The notes beneath the pieces are model-generated. The model was given only the letters and a program-made list of their open reading frames with translations, did no database searches and was not told the origin of the DNA. A stretch of 63,403 nucleotides of DNA, counting the filler, from Reclinomonas americana ATCC 50394 (Eukaryota): assembly GCA_048213135.1 (NCBI GenBank). It is 16 parts of 16 records of this genome, joined end to end, with 100 filler letters (N's around TTAATTAATTAA, not from the genome) between each part and the next. Parts side by side here need not be neighbours in the genome. Positions count along the whole stretch, not along the records: positions 1 to 4,009 come from AFZH01023068.1; positions 4,110 to 5,420 come from AFZH01023070.1; positions 5,521 to 10,037 come from AFZH01023071.1; positions 10,138 to 15,587 come from AFZH01023072.1; 12 more parts are not named here. One strand, 5' to 3'. Positions 1-12,919 of this stretch are shown piece by piece. Position 1 is the first letter of the stretch; every line of letters starts with the position of its first letter. Both the position numbers and the translations under genes were made by a program.

Positions 1-617
1 GAGAGAAGAAGAAGAAGAAGAAGGAGGAGGAGGAGGAGGAGGAGGAGGAGGAGAAGGAGGAGGAAGAAGAAGAAGGAGAAGGAGGAGAAAGAGGGAAGAG
101 AGAAGCGGGAGAAGAAGGAAGAGGGGAAGAAGATGATGGAGAAGACAGAGAACAAGAAGAAGAAAGGGATGATAGACAGTGTGTATGAGTTGCAGAGAGC
201 AGCACTGAGTGACAGCCACAGAGAGAGTGTGAGTGAGAAGAGAAGTATACAAGCGAGTGGGCAAGAGAGAAACAATGCAACAGAGAAGAACACTGCAAGA
301 GAGAGAGAGAGAGAGACTGAAGGAGAGACTGAGAGCAACACAATGAGTCTATGTGTGTGTGTGCGTACATGTGTGTGAGATCACAGTGAAAGTGGACCTT
401 GATTGTTGCCGACTTGCCACTGGCCACCTCCACTCTCAACTCATGATTCGCCTTGAGTTTGTAGTCAGTGGGACCCTCGGGCATTGCACTGTGCATTCCA
501 CTGCCACTGCCACCAAAACCATCGACCTCCATTTGCATTCTCCAATCACAGAGAGACAAGGACAGAGAGACTGAGAGGACAACTGCGAGGACGTTTTGCC
601 ATTCACTTCCACGTATT

Positions 618-3126
618 TCACTCGCGAATGAGGAACACATCTCGCATCTCGAGGAAGAGCGCGTAATTGAAGAGTTCGTGTCCGTTCTCGTGCACGGGCG
701 GCACTTTGGTGAGCAGCAGATCGACGACGTCTTCGGGGAGAGCGTGGCGAAGTTCGTCGAGTGGGATGACGCCCTGTATGGCAGAGTCAGCAGCAGAACA
801 CAGAGCCCTTCGCTGCTCTTCCTCGACGCAACTCTTCCACATGCCAGCGCCTCAAAGGCATCCTGCATCTCCTCGACGGTCACTGTGCGTTGCAGGTCGC
901 TGACAAACCACATGACGAATTGCTCAAACGAGACGCCTTCGCCGTCGGGTGACAGCGTCTCGTACAGCTCGTGGCCCCGGTCCTGCATGCACACACGTGA
1001 GGGAAAGCAGAGAGCAGAGGAGGTGTTCAACGCACGCAACATAGCCCACAGCCAGGCAGCATTCGACAAACTCGCTCTGGTTGAGCACGCCGTGGTGCTG
1101 CCGATCGAACATGTCAAAGGTGGATTTGATGTGCAGCAGGTCGTCTTGCGTGATGCCGCACTCGCGGTTGAGGATCTGCGAGGTGGTGTAAGGGGGGAAG
1201 GTGAAAGAGGGTCGCTTTTGGTCTCCATCACGCACCTGCTCCTGCACAAGGTGGTCCTGCTTGCGCAACAAAAAGTCCTTCAGGCTCTCCCACTCGACAC
1301 GGATTTCCTGTGCATGGCCGAAGTGAGCGACGGGCCTTGCTATGCATAGACAGACATACAGACACAGCGCGCACCTTTGATGAGACATACTTGCCGAGGT
1401 CGCTGCGTGACAGCAAGCTCTCCAGCTCCACCAGCGTCTCACACCACCCGTCGCCCTTGATCAGTTGTTGCTGCGACAACAACAACAAAAGTGAGTTTGA
1501 CTGCGTTCCCGCATTGACAGATAACACTAATCAGTGAATGACGCACGCGAATGGGTGACGACAGGTCCACTTCCTGCTCGCGTAGTTGGTCGCACCACGA
1601 GCGGAACTCGGCCACCTCCTGGTTGTACGTGGCCAGTGCGCCAAGTGAGTCTGCACACAATCACAAGTAAGAACACCAAAAGAACATCAGCTCATTACTG
1701 CACGCGACCCACCGCCATTCTCCGCCATCCATCTGGCAATCTCGGCCGTGCGCGCCTCGACAAATTTAACCACGGCCTGCCATCTCGACAGCAAGTCCTC
1801 GATGCTCAGGCGGGAGAATGGGTTGCCCTGAATGCCGGCGGCGTCCAGTGATCGTTGCAGCTCCAGCAGACTGTCCAACACGGCACGATGGCCCTCCACA
1901 TCGGCCACCATTTTTCGGTGCGCATCCTCAATCGTCTGCGGCAGAGCCCGTTAGAATGCAGCGAGGACTCCTACGGGCGCACAAGAAGAAAAACGCACCA
2001 CGGCACTCTCGGCACTAATTTCAATTTGTACAGCCAGTTCGTTCTCCGTGTCGCGCAGCCACAGGTGCAGCTCCTGCGCGTGATGAGAGTGAATCAATCA
2101 CTCGCACAGAGAGTGCAGTGTCTACTCCAAACCTCGGCACTCAGGGCGTAATCGGCACACTTGTGCTCCACTTCACGCATTTTCTCTGTGAAATCCTGCA
2201 GTTCGGCCTTGCGCACCGGCAGTATCCGTCGGAACGCCTCCCACGACTCGGCCAGGCTCTGCGCGACTGCACGTGTTAGTAACCTTCGGAGGGTGACAGG
2301 AAAGACACAGAGACCGCGACGCGCCAGTAATTGTGCAGTAATCTCCACATTCTGCGTCAGCTCAATCAGCTCATCGCCCGTCGATCGCAAATTCTCGTAT
2401 CGGCGCTCCATGAACTGCAGCTCGTTCTGCAGCACGTCGAGCTGACGCGATTGCGTCAGCAGGCTGCGATAGGTGGTGTCGTCGCCGGACATGGTGCTCA
2501 GCTGGCGAGTGGGGAATGTGAGCAAGCGGAAGGGACACAAAGAAAGAAGAGTGTATGTACCAGCGCCATCTTGCTGCTCAGCCACTCGGCCAAGTGGGAT
2601 CGGCGCACTTCAAATAGCTGGAGCAGCAATTCGGCCAGCTTGTCTCTGTCGGTGCGTCACTGTCAGCAAACTGCGAAATAAAAGAAGGAGGGAAGAGGTT
2701 TGCGCAACTGATGCATCTTGTCGACCAAGAACTGCTCAAACGAGTTCTCCATGTTCTCCAACTCGTGCCACATGCGGTCGAGGCTCTGTGCGTACCCAGT
2801 TGTTGGCCACAGAAGAGACGCAACAGGATGCAGGAGAGCTCACCTGGATGTCGAGACCGTCGGGAGCGCGGAACGGACGACTTTTTTCCAGATTCTGCTT
2901 CAAAATGAGGTTGCTGTACATGCACTCGAGTTGCAGCAGCTCCGCAAGGTACTGCGGCTTGGCTCGTCGATGCTCGAGGAAGCTTTCAAAATCACTCTGC
3001 TTGCGCGGTGAGCATGTGTTGGGGGCAGAGAACAAAGCACACACACGCACACGCAACTTCAGTGGGTGACTCAATGTTCAGCGATTCGCTGATGAATGCT
3101 CGTTGTGAGCGGATCCAGTCGGCGAG
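618..3126 (-). CDS. Alpha-actinin-like protein (spectrin repeats + C-terminal EF-hands), multi-exon, 5' part missing
   Basis: Exon translations resemble alpha-actinin. Spectrin repeat 1-like: DFESFLEHRRAKPQYLAELLQLECMYSNLILKQNLEKSRPFRAPDGLDIQ and SLDRMWHELENMENSFEQFL. EF-hand: GITQDDLLHIKSTFDMFDRQHHGVLNQSEFVECCLAVG. Terminal Ca-insensitive EF-like: GVIPLDELRHALPEDVVDLLLTKVPP...FNYALFL, with TGA at 618-620. Short GT-AG introns. CH domains not seen. Confidence 0.8.
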
Positions 3127-3265
3127 CTGTGGGGGAGGGGAAGGGGAAGGGACAAGAGGGGAAGGGTGAAACACAGAGAAAGGAATTGAAGAAAGGATGC
3201 AGAGGGGTGTGCAGAGGCAGCGCGGAAAGACGGATGAGACAAGGAGACAAGGGAATGAGAGTGAA

Positions 3266-3962
3266 ACGGATTGAAGAGAGCGCCGAGAGGTGCACAGGGG
3301 CAGAGCGAGAACAAACGTGGCGAGATGACAGAAACTCAGAAAGGCAGCTTAGAGCAAGCTGGGGAAACTAGGGAGAGAGAGAGAAAGGGATTGAAGGGAG
3401 TGCCGAGAGAAGCAGAGGACGTGTGAGAATTATTGCGGTGCGATAACTACAAACTCAGAAAAGACGAATCAGAGCAAGCTAGCAGGACTGGGGAGAGAGA
3501 GAAAGGGATTGAAGGAGCGCCGAGAGGTGCACAAGAGTAGTGCAAGAATTGCTGCGATGCGATAACAACAAGCTCAGAGACGGATCAGAGCAAGCTGGCA
3601 AGACTAGGGAGGGAGAGGAAAAGGATTGAAGGGAGCGCCAAGAGAAGCGCAGGTCAGTGTAAGAATCGCTGCGATGCGATAACAACAAACTCAGAAAAGA
3701 CGGATCAGAGCAAGCTGGTAAGACTGAGAAGAGAGAGAGAAAGAGAGAAAGAGAGCGTCGAGAGAAGCACAGGACAGTGCGAGAATTGCTGTGATGCGAT
3801 AACAACAAACTCAATGAAAAGATGGAGCAGAGCAAGCTGGTAAGCCTGGGGAGAGAAAGGGATTGAAGGGAGCGCCGAGAGGTGCAAAGAAGTAGTGCAA
3901 GAAGTGCTGTGATGCGATAACAACAAACTCAGTAAAATGCAGATTAGACCACGACCAAGACT

Positions 3963-3965
<3 letters not shown>
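3266..3965. repeat. Degenerate ~120-bp tandem repeat, about 6 copies, probably intronic
   Basis: Recurring blocks gattgaagggagcgccgagag...gcgatgcgataacaacaaactcag...atcagagcaagctgg at roughly 120-bp spacing. Confidence 0.85.
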
Positions 3966-4000
<35 letters not shown>

Positions 4001-4009
4001 TAGAAGAGT

Positions 4010-4109
4010 NNNNNNNNNNNNNNNNNNNNNNNNNNNNNNNNNNNNNNNNNNNNTTAATTAATTAANNNNNNNNNNNNNNNNNNNNNNNNNNNNNNNNNNN
4101 NNNNNNNNN
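4010..4109. other. Assembly gap linker (first of 15). Others start at 5421, 10038, 15588, 19778, 23784, 27017, 35713, 36891, 38299, 41856, 55968, 57244, 58544 and 61140
   Basis: Identical 100-bp N-run with a central TTAATTAATTAA (stops in all six frames) at every site; an artificial spacer. Confidence 0.98.
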
Positions 4110-5182
4110 TGAGAGAGAAAGAGCAGAAAGGACAGAGATAGTGACAGCGAGAGAGAGAGAGAGAGCGCTGCGCTGGTGACACGCATACACACGCACATAC
4201 ACAAACACACACACACACACACGCACAGAGAGAGAGAGAGAGAGGGAGAGAGAGAGCGCGCGTTGATGGTACAGTGGAGTGTGGTGGTGGCTGGGTCGCA
4301 TCTCTCTGCTCGCATCTCAGCTGGAAGTGAGGAAGGGAAGTTGTCGGCACCCACTGCTCCATTGAAGAGAGGTTGATGGAGGTGTGCTGTGATGCACATG
4401 CCTCGGTACACAACCTACTTAGTCGCTTGCACCCGTACGACGCCAAAGGCTGTGTATGTGACACCGAAGAGCTGCATGCACAGCTTTCGACGGTGACTGA
4501 CGCACTTCCGATTCACCCGGCTCTTTTGCATGCAACACGATGAACTGCAGTACTACAGGCTGCCTTTTGAACTTGAAACATCAGTAAAAACCTTAGTGGA
4601 ACCTCCATGATGCCGATCGGGCATCCTTGGAAACTTGTAAGGAGACGTTTGATCAGCGATTCGCGGAGGTGCCCAACAGCCCTGTGGTGGACGTGTCGCC
4701 GCTGATCAAGCGCCCCTGTCGCCGCCGTTTGACGATCAGAGCTCGCCGATGATTCTTCACCTGTTGTTGGCCTGCAGTGTACAGCGAGGATTGTCATAAC
4801 AGCTGGGTGGTGAGAACCTCTTCAATTGTATTTGCTCACCTTCTGCTCGTGTAAATTTCTCCGATCGGTATGAATATGGATCCAGCCTCACGCTGCGGTT
4901 GAGGGAGGCCAACCATGCACCAGCAGTGCATCATGAGATGGTCGGCACCTGACGAATTCGCGATCGATTGCAGTTGTCTCCGATTACGAGGACAGCTCTT
5001 ATTTGCATCCAGTTGTTTCCAGTCAGCGTGAACCATGGTCTTCGAGGCACACCCGGCCGATGCGAATGGAGCTCGAGTCTGGTTGCCGTTTTGTAAACAC
5101 CGCCCCACGTTGTTTTATGCAGCAGCAGGGCGGGAAAATCTCCCGCCAATCAACACAAACTCCCCCTCACTTCGCACGCAGC

Positions 5183-5372
5183 ATGCGCGCAGCGCCACGC
5201 TCTCTGCCCTATGTGGCCACCACCTCCTCCTCCTCCTCTGTCGACTCATCGGTGCCTGTGTGGCTGCGCAATGTGTGTGTCGCGGCCTTTACTCTGCTCT
5301 GCATTGCTGTCTATGGAAAGACTCTGACGCCCGGCGTCGGAGGCGGTGACAGTGGCGAGTTGGTGGGCGTTG
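5183..5372 (+). CDS. First exon of a TMEM260/DUF2723-like membrane glycosyltransferase (partial)
   Basis: ATG at 5183. A TM segment (VCVAAFTLLCIAVY) is followed by KTLTPGVGGGDSGEL, matching the N-terminal GGDSGEL motif of TMEM260/DUF2723. GTGAGT donor at 5373, then a gap. Confidence 0.7.
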
Positions 5373-6401
5373 GTGAGTGGGAGGGAGAGAGGGAGAGAGG
5401 GAGGAAGGAGAAAGGGGGAGNNNNNNNNNNNNNNNNNNNNNNNNNNNNNNNNNNNNNNNNNNNNTTAATTAATTAANNNNNNNNNNNNNNNNNNNNNNNN
5501 NNNNNNNNNNNNNNNNNNNNAGAGAGAGAGAGAGAGAGAGAATCATCGAATGTACACAATCCCGATCGACCGTTGCATGCACAGCAAGAGAGAGAGAGAG
5601 AGGCAGAGAGAGAGAGAGAAGAAAACACTCTTCCACATCGCCGACCATCATGCACGACCAACAAAAACGAAAATGAGCAGGCCGCGCATACGCAACAGAG
5701 CGCTGCACACACACACACACACACACGCAAAGTCAGTCACTCACTCAGCGCACACACACGCACGACTGCTCCTTTTTCTTGCAACAAACGCAACAGACAC
5801 TGTGTGCGAAATGCGCGCAGTGAGCATCATGCAACACACACAAAGAAAAGATGCATGACACGCGTGTGGGTGTGTGCGTGCGTAACTAGTACATGAACAG
5901 ATCCAAGTACCGCAAGCAGAAGACCAACAGATACATTTCCTGTGTTCGTCGCGAGATGCCTGTGTGTGTGAGAGAGAGTGTGTGAGTAACGAGAGTGGAG
6001 ATGATGGCGCGAAACACTCTCTCTCTCAATTTTTTTCTTGCTCACGTACCGGCCACACTCTTCTGTGACCACATCTTCCACAACAGAAGCAGGATGCTGG
6101 CAAGGTGCAGCAGATCGCCGCACAACCGGAAGATGTTCATGTCTCTCTCTCTTTTTTGTGCAAAAAAACGAAATTGAAGTGACAGTTGACAATGCGAGCA
6201 CGCGGTTCCCGCCAACAACAACAACAACAACAACTTTACAAATCCAAACAGCAACGCAGCTGCATGATGATCACCATCTTGAGTGAGCACCAGAAACTCA
6301 GACATCACGAAAAAAAAAGGCGAGAAAAAGTCGAGATGAATAATGCTGGCGCAGCGTTTCTGCAAGAGATCAGAATTCGAAACCACGTGCACGGCTCATG
6401 A

Positions 6402-6850
6402 CAAATTCATTCACCAACAAACAAGCAACAGCAACAACAACTTGATGACCGTATCCAAACCATCGACACAAACACCATTCTTGAGCAGCAGGTTCCTTGT
6501 GTGTGTGCGTGCGTTCGCTCTTGGAGCTCCGATCGCGAACAAGTCAAGAACTGCGATCGATATCGATAACTTCACCGCATAAGCGTGGCCATGGTGGAAC
6601 ATGCACAGTGGATTTGACGCACTTGCGACAACAACAAATTCATTCACCAACAAACAAGCAACAGTGTGTTGACGACCAAGTTCAACCATGTCCATTCTCC
6701 AAAACATCGACACAAACACCATTCTTGAGGCAGCAGCAGGTTCCTTGTGTCTGTGTTTGATTTCGCTCTTGCAATTGGAGCTCCGAGCAAGTCGAGAACT
6801 GCGATCTTCACCGCGTAAGCGTGGTTGACCAGTGGATTTGACGCACTTGC
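6402..6850. repeat. Two-copy ~230-bp imperfect direct repeat, intergenic
   Basis: aaattcattcaccaacaaacaagcaacag...catcgacacaaacaccattcttgag...cagtggatttgacgcacttgcg occurs at ~6402-6628 and ~6636-6850. Confidence 0.85.
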
Positions 6851-7130
6851 GTTACTGAGATAGCGATATCGATGTCAAAGTACCATGGACAGCGAGAGAA
6901 AGATGAATTGAGCTCTATCCGGCATTGCCGCTGTCTTGCAACGCCCTCGAGCTTACCAACACCTCTTGTGAAATATCGCAGCGCTGTCTCGATGCCTCGC
7001 CTAGGACACCGCATCCACTCAATGCCATTCAATGAGAGAGAGAGAGAAAGCACATGCACAACCTGGCAAAGTAAGACATGAAGCACAGCTGCCACTTCAC
7101 GCACAAACCAAAAATGAAAAAAACCCACAA

Positions 7131-10100
7131 TCAGCAGTACAGCAAATAGAGCGTATCCGCTGCGGCCACCAACTTGGAGCCGTCGTCGCTGATGGCCAAG
7201 GAAGTCCATCTGCGAGTGGATTCCCGAGTCGTCCACGTCACGCCGGCATCGGTGGAGGTGTAAATCTGAGCATTGGACGCCGCCGCCACCAGCTTGGTGC
7301 CGTCGCCGCTGATGGTCGCAGTACGCCAGGCGCGCACGGACTCGCGAGCCGTCCACGTTACGCCGGAATCAGTGGAGGTGTAGATCTGATCAGTACCCGC
7401 ACCCACCGCAGCCACCAGCTTGGTACCGTCACTGCTGGAGGCCACCGAAACCCAGAGGCGACTGGTATCACGAGGCGTCCACGTCACGCCCGAGTCAGTA
7501 GAGGTGTAAATCTGATAGTTCGATGCCGCAGCCACGAGCTTGGTGCCGTCGCTGCTGGAGGCCACTGATGCCCAGGGGAGATCGGACTCCCGAGCGGTCC
7601 ACGTCACACCGGAGTCTGTGGAGGTGTAGATCTGACCGCCTTGCACCACAGCCACCAACTTGGTGCCGTCGCTGTTGGAGGCCACTCCACGCCATTGGCG
7701 ACTGGATTCACGACCCGTCCACGTAACACCAGTATCAGTGGAGGTGTAGATCAGACCACCAATCACCGCGGCCACCAGCTTGGTGCCGTCGCTGTTCATG
7801 GCTACCGCCACCCACACCAGTGCGGACGCGCGAGCCGTCCACGTCACACCGGAGTCAGTGGAGATGTAAATTTGCGTTCCAGATCCCACAGCTGCCACAA
7901 TGGTGCCGTCACTGCTGGAGGCCACTGAGATCCAAGGAGCAGCCACTTGCAGGCCATTCGACCCCACCGATGCCCACGTCACACCAGAGTCGGTGGAGGC
8001 ATAAACCTGACCAAAGTTCACAACAGCCACCAGCTTGGTGCCGTCACTGCTGGAGGCCACCGAGAACCAGCTGCGACCGGAATCACGAGCCGTCCACGTC
8101 ACGCCAGAGTCAGTGGAAGTGTAAATCAGTCCACCGTTTACCGTGGCCGCCAGCCTGGTGCCGTCACTGCTAGAGGCGACAGACTTCCAATTGCGACTGG
8201 ATTCGCGCGCCGTCCACGTCTCGCCAGAGTCAGTGGAAGTGTAGATTTGATCACCGTCCGCCACCGCCACCAGCTTCGTGCCGTCACTGCTGGAGGCCAC
8301 AGACTTCCAATTGCGACTGGAATCGCGTGCCGTCCACGTCTCGCCAGAGTCAGTGGAAGTGTAGATTTGATCAGCGTCCGCCACCGCCACCAGCTTCGTG
8401 CCGTCACTGCTGGAGGTCACTGCACGCCAACGGCGATTAGAGTCACGAGCCGTCCACGTCACGCCGGAATCGGTGGAGGTGTAAATCTGACGAAATGATG
8501 CCGCAGCCACCAGCTTGGTCCCGTCGCTGCTGGAGGCCACTGCTGACCAGTTGGAAAAGGTAGCACGAGCAGTCCACGTCACGCCGGAGTCAGTGGAGAC
8601 GTAAACTCGATCGGATTGCGCCGCAGCCACGAGCACGGTGCCGTCGCTGCTGGAGGCCACTGAAATCCAGTTGCGAATGGACTCACGGGCCGTCCACGTC
8701 GCACCCGAATCGACTGAGGTGAATATCCGACCAGTAGTTGTCGGCCCACCCACAACGGCCACCAGCTTCTTGCCGTCACTGCTGGAGGCCACAGACTGCC
8801 AACTGCCCACGGACGAGAGAGTGGTACCGGCGCCGCAGGTTGAGCAAGCGGGATCTGTGACAACAACCAGCCGAAAAGAATGTCGGCAGTCAGTATTTCG
8901 TCAAGAGCAGCAACAGCATCACACCACTCACCACTCCATGAAATAGCGCAGAGACACGTGCCGTCGCTCTTGCATGTTCCGTGACCGGAGCAGGTGGTGG
9001 CCGCCACGCACTTCACATTGCACGAGACACCGTAATAGTCAGAGTTGCACTGGCATGTGCCGTCACTCTTGCACGTTCCGTTTCCGGAGCACGTGGTGGC
9101 CGCCACACAGTTGACGTTGCACGAAGCACCGTAATAATCAGAGTCGCACTGGCATGAGCCGTCAGGGTTGCACGTTCCGTGGCCAGAGCACGTGGTGGCG
9201 CGACTGCAGTTGGTGTAGTTGCCGGAGCACGTCGACTTGCAGTCCACAAAACGGCCGCTTGGAGCGCTGAAGCGTGCAAATGACGCCCCAGCAGTGCAGC
9301 GACCGGGGTCGGCGATGCACTCGCAGCGTGCGCCGCTGCTGGGTGCATTGCACTTGCAGAAGCCGGAGACGCACAGACCGCCATTGATGGCCTGTCCGTT
9401 GCTCAGCTTGGCGCCAGCATCCACCGACAGACAGTCGGCATTCACCGTGCACGCAGAACGCGGAAGCGAGCAGTACAGGCCGTCGAAGCCCGGCTTGCAC
9501 ACACACTTGCCACTGGTGGCATCACACGTGCCGTTGCCGCTGCAGGTGGCGGCTGCGTCGCAGTAGACGGAGCACGAGGTGCCGAAGTACTTGGCGTTGC
9601 AGATGCAAGTGGCGTCACTGGAGCAAGTGCCCTGGCCACTGCAGGTGGTGGAGGCCTGTGGGTGGGGGAGGGAAAGTGAGAAGGGAGGGGAGAGGGGAGG
9701 GGAGAAAAGGAGAGGGAATGGAGGAGAGGGTAAGGGTAAGGGTAAGGTGGAGGGAGAAGTGAGGGGAGAAGTAAGGTGAGAATTGAGAGGGAAATGGGGC
9801 AGAGGGAAGAGGGAAGAGGAAAGAGGGAGAGGGTGAGGGTGACAGTGGGAGAGAGAGAGAGAGAGAGAATCTAAAAAGACGACGGAGAAATGAGGGTTAG
9901 TGTGGGAAGGGAGAGGGTAAGAGAGAGCGAGAAAGAGAAAGAAGAAGAGCGATGGTACACGGAAGAGCCGAGAGACAACATCAAACGCGAGAAAAAAGTA
10001 GAACATGGGAAAGAGGACAGCGTGAGAAGAATGAAGANNNNNNNNNNNNNNNNNNNNNNNNNNNNNNNNNNNNNNNNNNNNTTAATTAATTAANNNNNNN

Positions 10101-11681
10101 NNNNNNNNNNNNNNNNNNNNNNNNNNNNNNNNNNNNNCGCATAAGAGAGCTGCGGAAAGAACGCAAGCGAATCTGTGAAAAGAAGGCGCCAAGCAGTTGA
10201 CAAGCCACTCACACGAACTCCGTCACACCAATCTCATCACCTCTTTCTCTCTCTCACGCTCACCTGGCAGAACTTGTCGCAATTCGTGCCATAATAGTTG
10301 AGGGCGCACTGATCACACGCCGCACCCGTCCAGTTCTTGGTGGAGCACACACACGACCCGGCGCTGTCGCACGTTCCACGACCGCTGCACGTGGTGGCCG
10401 CACTGCAGAACTTGCTGCAGGTCGCCCCGTAGTAGTTCGCCTTGCACTGGTTGCACGAGGTGCCGGTGAAGTTGCCGGTGCACACACACTGGCCATTTGT
10501 GTCGCACGTGCCATTGCCAGAGCACGTCTTGGCGGCGGTGCAGAACTTGGAGCAGTTGGCGGTGAAGTAGTTGGCGAGGCACACGCACTGCCCGCTCGAG
10601 TTGCAGCTGCCATTGTAGCTGCACGTGGTGCCGGGGTTGCAGAGGGCGCTGCACGTGGCGCCGTAGTAGTCCGGCTTGCACTGGTTGCACGAGGCGCCGG
10701 TGAAGTTGCCGGAGCACACGCACTGACCGCTCGAGTTGCAGGTGCCGTGGCCGTTGCATGTCGTCGCCGCAGTGCACAAGACGTTGCATGTGGCTCCGTA
10801 GTAGTTGGTGTTGCACTGGCAGGCACCAGCAGTGCTGCAGGTGCCGTTGTTGTTGCAGGTGGCGGGCGAGCACTTAGTTTCACACTTGGCACCGGAGAAG
10901 CCTGCGCTGCAGACGCATGCGCCAGCGCTGGTGCAGGAGGTAGCGTTGTTTGAGCATGTCACGTATGGGTGGCACGAGCAGAAGGGACCAGCCCAGCTGG
11001 AGGAGCGGAAATTTAAAAGGGAGTGGAGTGAGTGGGGGGAAATGCACGCAGAGAATGGGGGCAGCACAAGCGGACTCACGTGGCGCACACATTGGCACCG
11101 CTGCTCGTGGTGTAGCAGTTGTTGTGGCAAGTGCACTTTCCGCCGGAGCAGAAACCCTGTGTGGGAGGAGGAAGAAGGGTGAGAGAGAGAAAGGAAGAGA
11201 GAGAGAGAGAGTGGGAGGGAGGAGGAGGAGGGAGAGAGGGAGGAGGAGGAGAGAGAGGAAGAGAGAGAGAGAGGTAGGAAAGAGAGGAGGAAGAGAGAGA
11301 GGAGGAGGAGAAGAAGAAGAAGGAGGAGGACGAGTTCAATGACCTCAACAGTAACAATGCAATGCTCTAGCACGGCGAAGGGGCTGTGAGTGTGAGAGAG
11401 AGGACACGGATAGAATCTTTCCTTCGATATCTTTGCATGCAACACAGAAAACGCAACATTCACTCCGCACTCGTTGCCGGTGGCGGTGCACGTTCCGCCT
11501 GTGCGCGAATGGTTAATGTGTGTATGTGTATGTGTGTGTGTGTGAGAGAGAGAGAGTGAGAGAAATGAGCAGAGAGTGAGAGAGTCGTGCAAATGTCGGA
11601 TCATTACTTGCCTTGAGCGTACGCCATGCTGATCACTGTGACGAGGCACGCCACAAAGAGCGCACTCTTCATCGCACACAT
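7131..11681 (-). CDS. Array copy A: secreted EGF/laminin-EGF stalk + 14-repeat Asp-box double beta-propeller protein
   Basis: Six exons inferred: 11612-11681 (signal peptide MCAMKSALFVACLVTVISMAYAQ), ~11460-11498, 11080-11156, 10264-10996, 8932-9655 and 7131-8854. Splice phases are compatible. The last exon has 14 repeats of WxSVASSSDGTKLVA...QIYTSTDSGVTWTAR and ends YLLYC*. One intron spans a gap. Confidence 0.88.
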
Positions 11682-12426
11682 CGTCTGTGCGCAGGAAAGT
11701 ATTGATGTGAGTGAGCGAGTGAAAGAAAGGGTGAGTGGGGGAGAGCGGGTCACACGACATGTCGCATGGGCGGACGAGGGGAACAACAATCAACGCGCAA
11801 TGCAGAGAAGACACACACAGGAGGGGACGATGCAACATGCGCACGCATATGCATATGAAGAGGAGGAAGGCGGGGAGGAGACAGAGAGAGATAAGAGGAG
11901 AGGAGACTGAAACAGCACGCAAATGCGCAGTGTGCGTGTGAGCCAGTGGTCACGCGCGCACGCACAATAGGCGGACAAGTGAGAGCGATGTGAACTGATG
12001 CAGGAGCAGCAAGCGAACATTTACGAGAGGGCGAATGAACAGCCAGACAGCGGTAGCAGCACGGTTTTCCCACTGCTCACCGAAAGCGTGTTGAATATTT
12101 GAATCTTGCAAAGAAAGCGAAACTCCTTGTTGCGGATAAATTCAATACTCATTAGTTCTTTTCGGACAGCACTTCGCCGCTCTTCCCTGTCGCCGACGTC
12201 AGAAACCTCGAATACCACACATGTTTGTACTTCAGCGGTATTCTCCAAAAATGACGAAAATGGTCAGGATAACAACAAAACACTTCATTCACCACATTCC
12301 AATAATGCGACAAATGTCCACAGAATTATATATATGCATGTATTGAAGACCAAAGTTGAACAAGGCACAAAAAGCGCACCACGACGATCAGCCAGCTGAC
12401 TCGCGATCGCGCACACAAAAAAAACA

Positions 12427-12766
12427 TCAACAGTACAACAGATAAATGGTATCCGCAGCGCGCGACAGCCACCTTGGTGCCGTCGCCATTGGAGGCCACT
12501 GCATTCCAGTTGCGAGCGGCATCTTGAGGCGTCCACGACACGCCAGAGTCGATGGATGTATAGATTTGGCCACCGTTTGTCACGACAGCCACCAGCTTGG
12601 TGCCGTCATTGTTGGAGGCCGCACAACGCAAGCTGCGATTGGCATTGGTAACTCCAGCAGTCCACGTCACGCCAGAGTCGCGTGAGACGTACAACTGTGA
12701 TGAACTGGCCCCAGCCACCAGCACTCTACCATTTCTATTGAAGGCCACTGACACCCAGCTGCGGTA
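12427..12766 (-). pseudogene. Truncated remnant of a C/D-type propeller exon
   Basis: A C/D-type repeat 9 (VLVAGASSSQLYVSRDSGVTWTAGVTNANR) is joined directly to repeats 13-14 (VVTNGGQIY...DGTKV), with a frameshift just before the DTIYLLYC end. No 5' exons. The 3' flank resembles those of copies C and D. Confidence 0.85.
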
Positions 12767-12919
12767 ATGCCATTCAATTTTTGGAGAAACAAAGAAAACG
12801 AGGGGGAGGAAGAAGAGAGAGAGAGAGAGAAAGAGGAAGCACATGCACAACCTGGCAAAGCAAGACATGAAGCACAGCTGCCACTTCACGCACAAACCAA
12901 AAATGAAAAAACCCCTCAC

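Noticed and set aside
4054..4065. Recurrent palindromic TTAATTAATTAA motif
   Set aside because: It always sits at the centre of N-runs, so it is an artificial scaffold linker.
7131..7150. C-terminal Cys as a prenylation signal
   Set aside because: It is not a CaaX or CC/CxC motif, the proteins have signal peptides, and the Cys is explained as Cys8 of the interrupted EGF module.
7131..8854. Calling the heads sialidases or GH74 xyloglucanases
   Set aside because: Only the Asp-box scaffold is shared. The blades are short and uniform, with no identifiable catalytic motifs.
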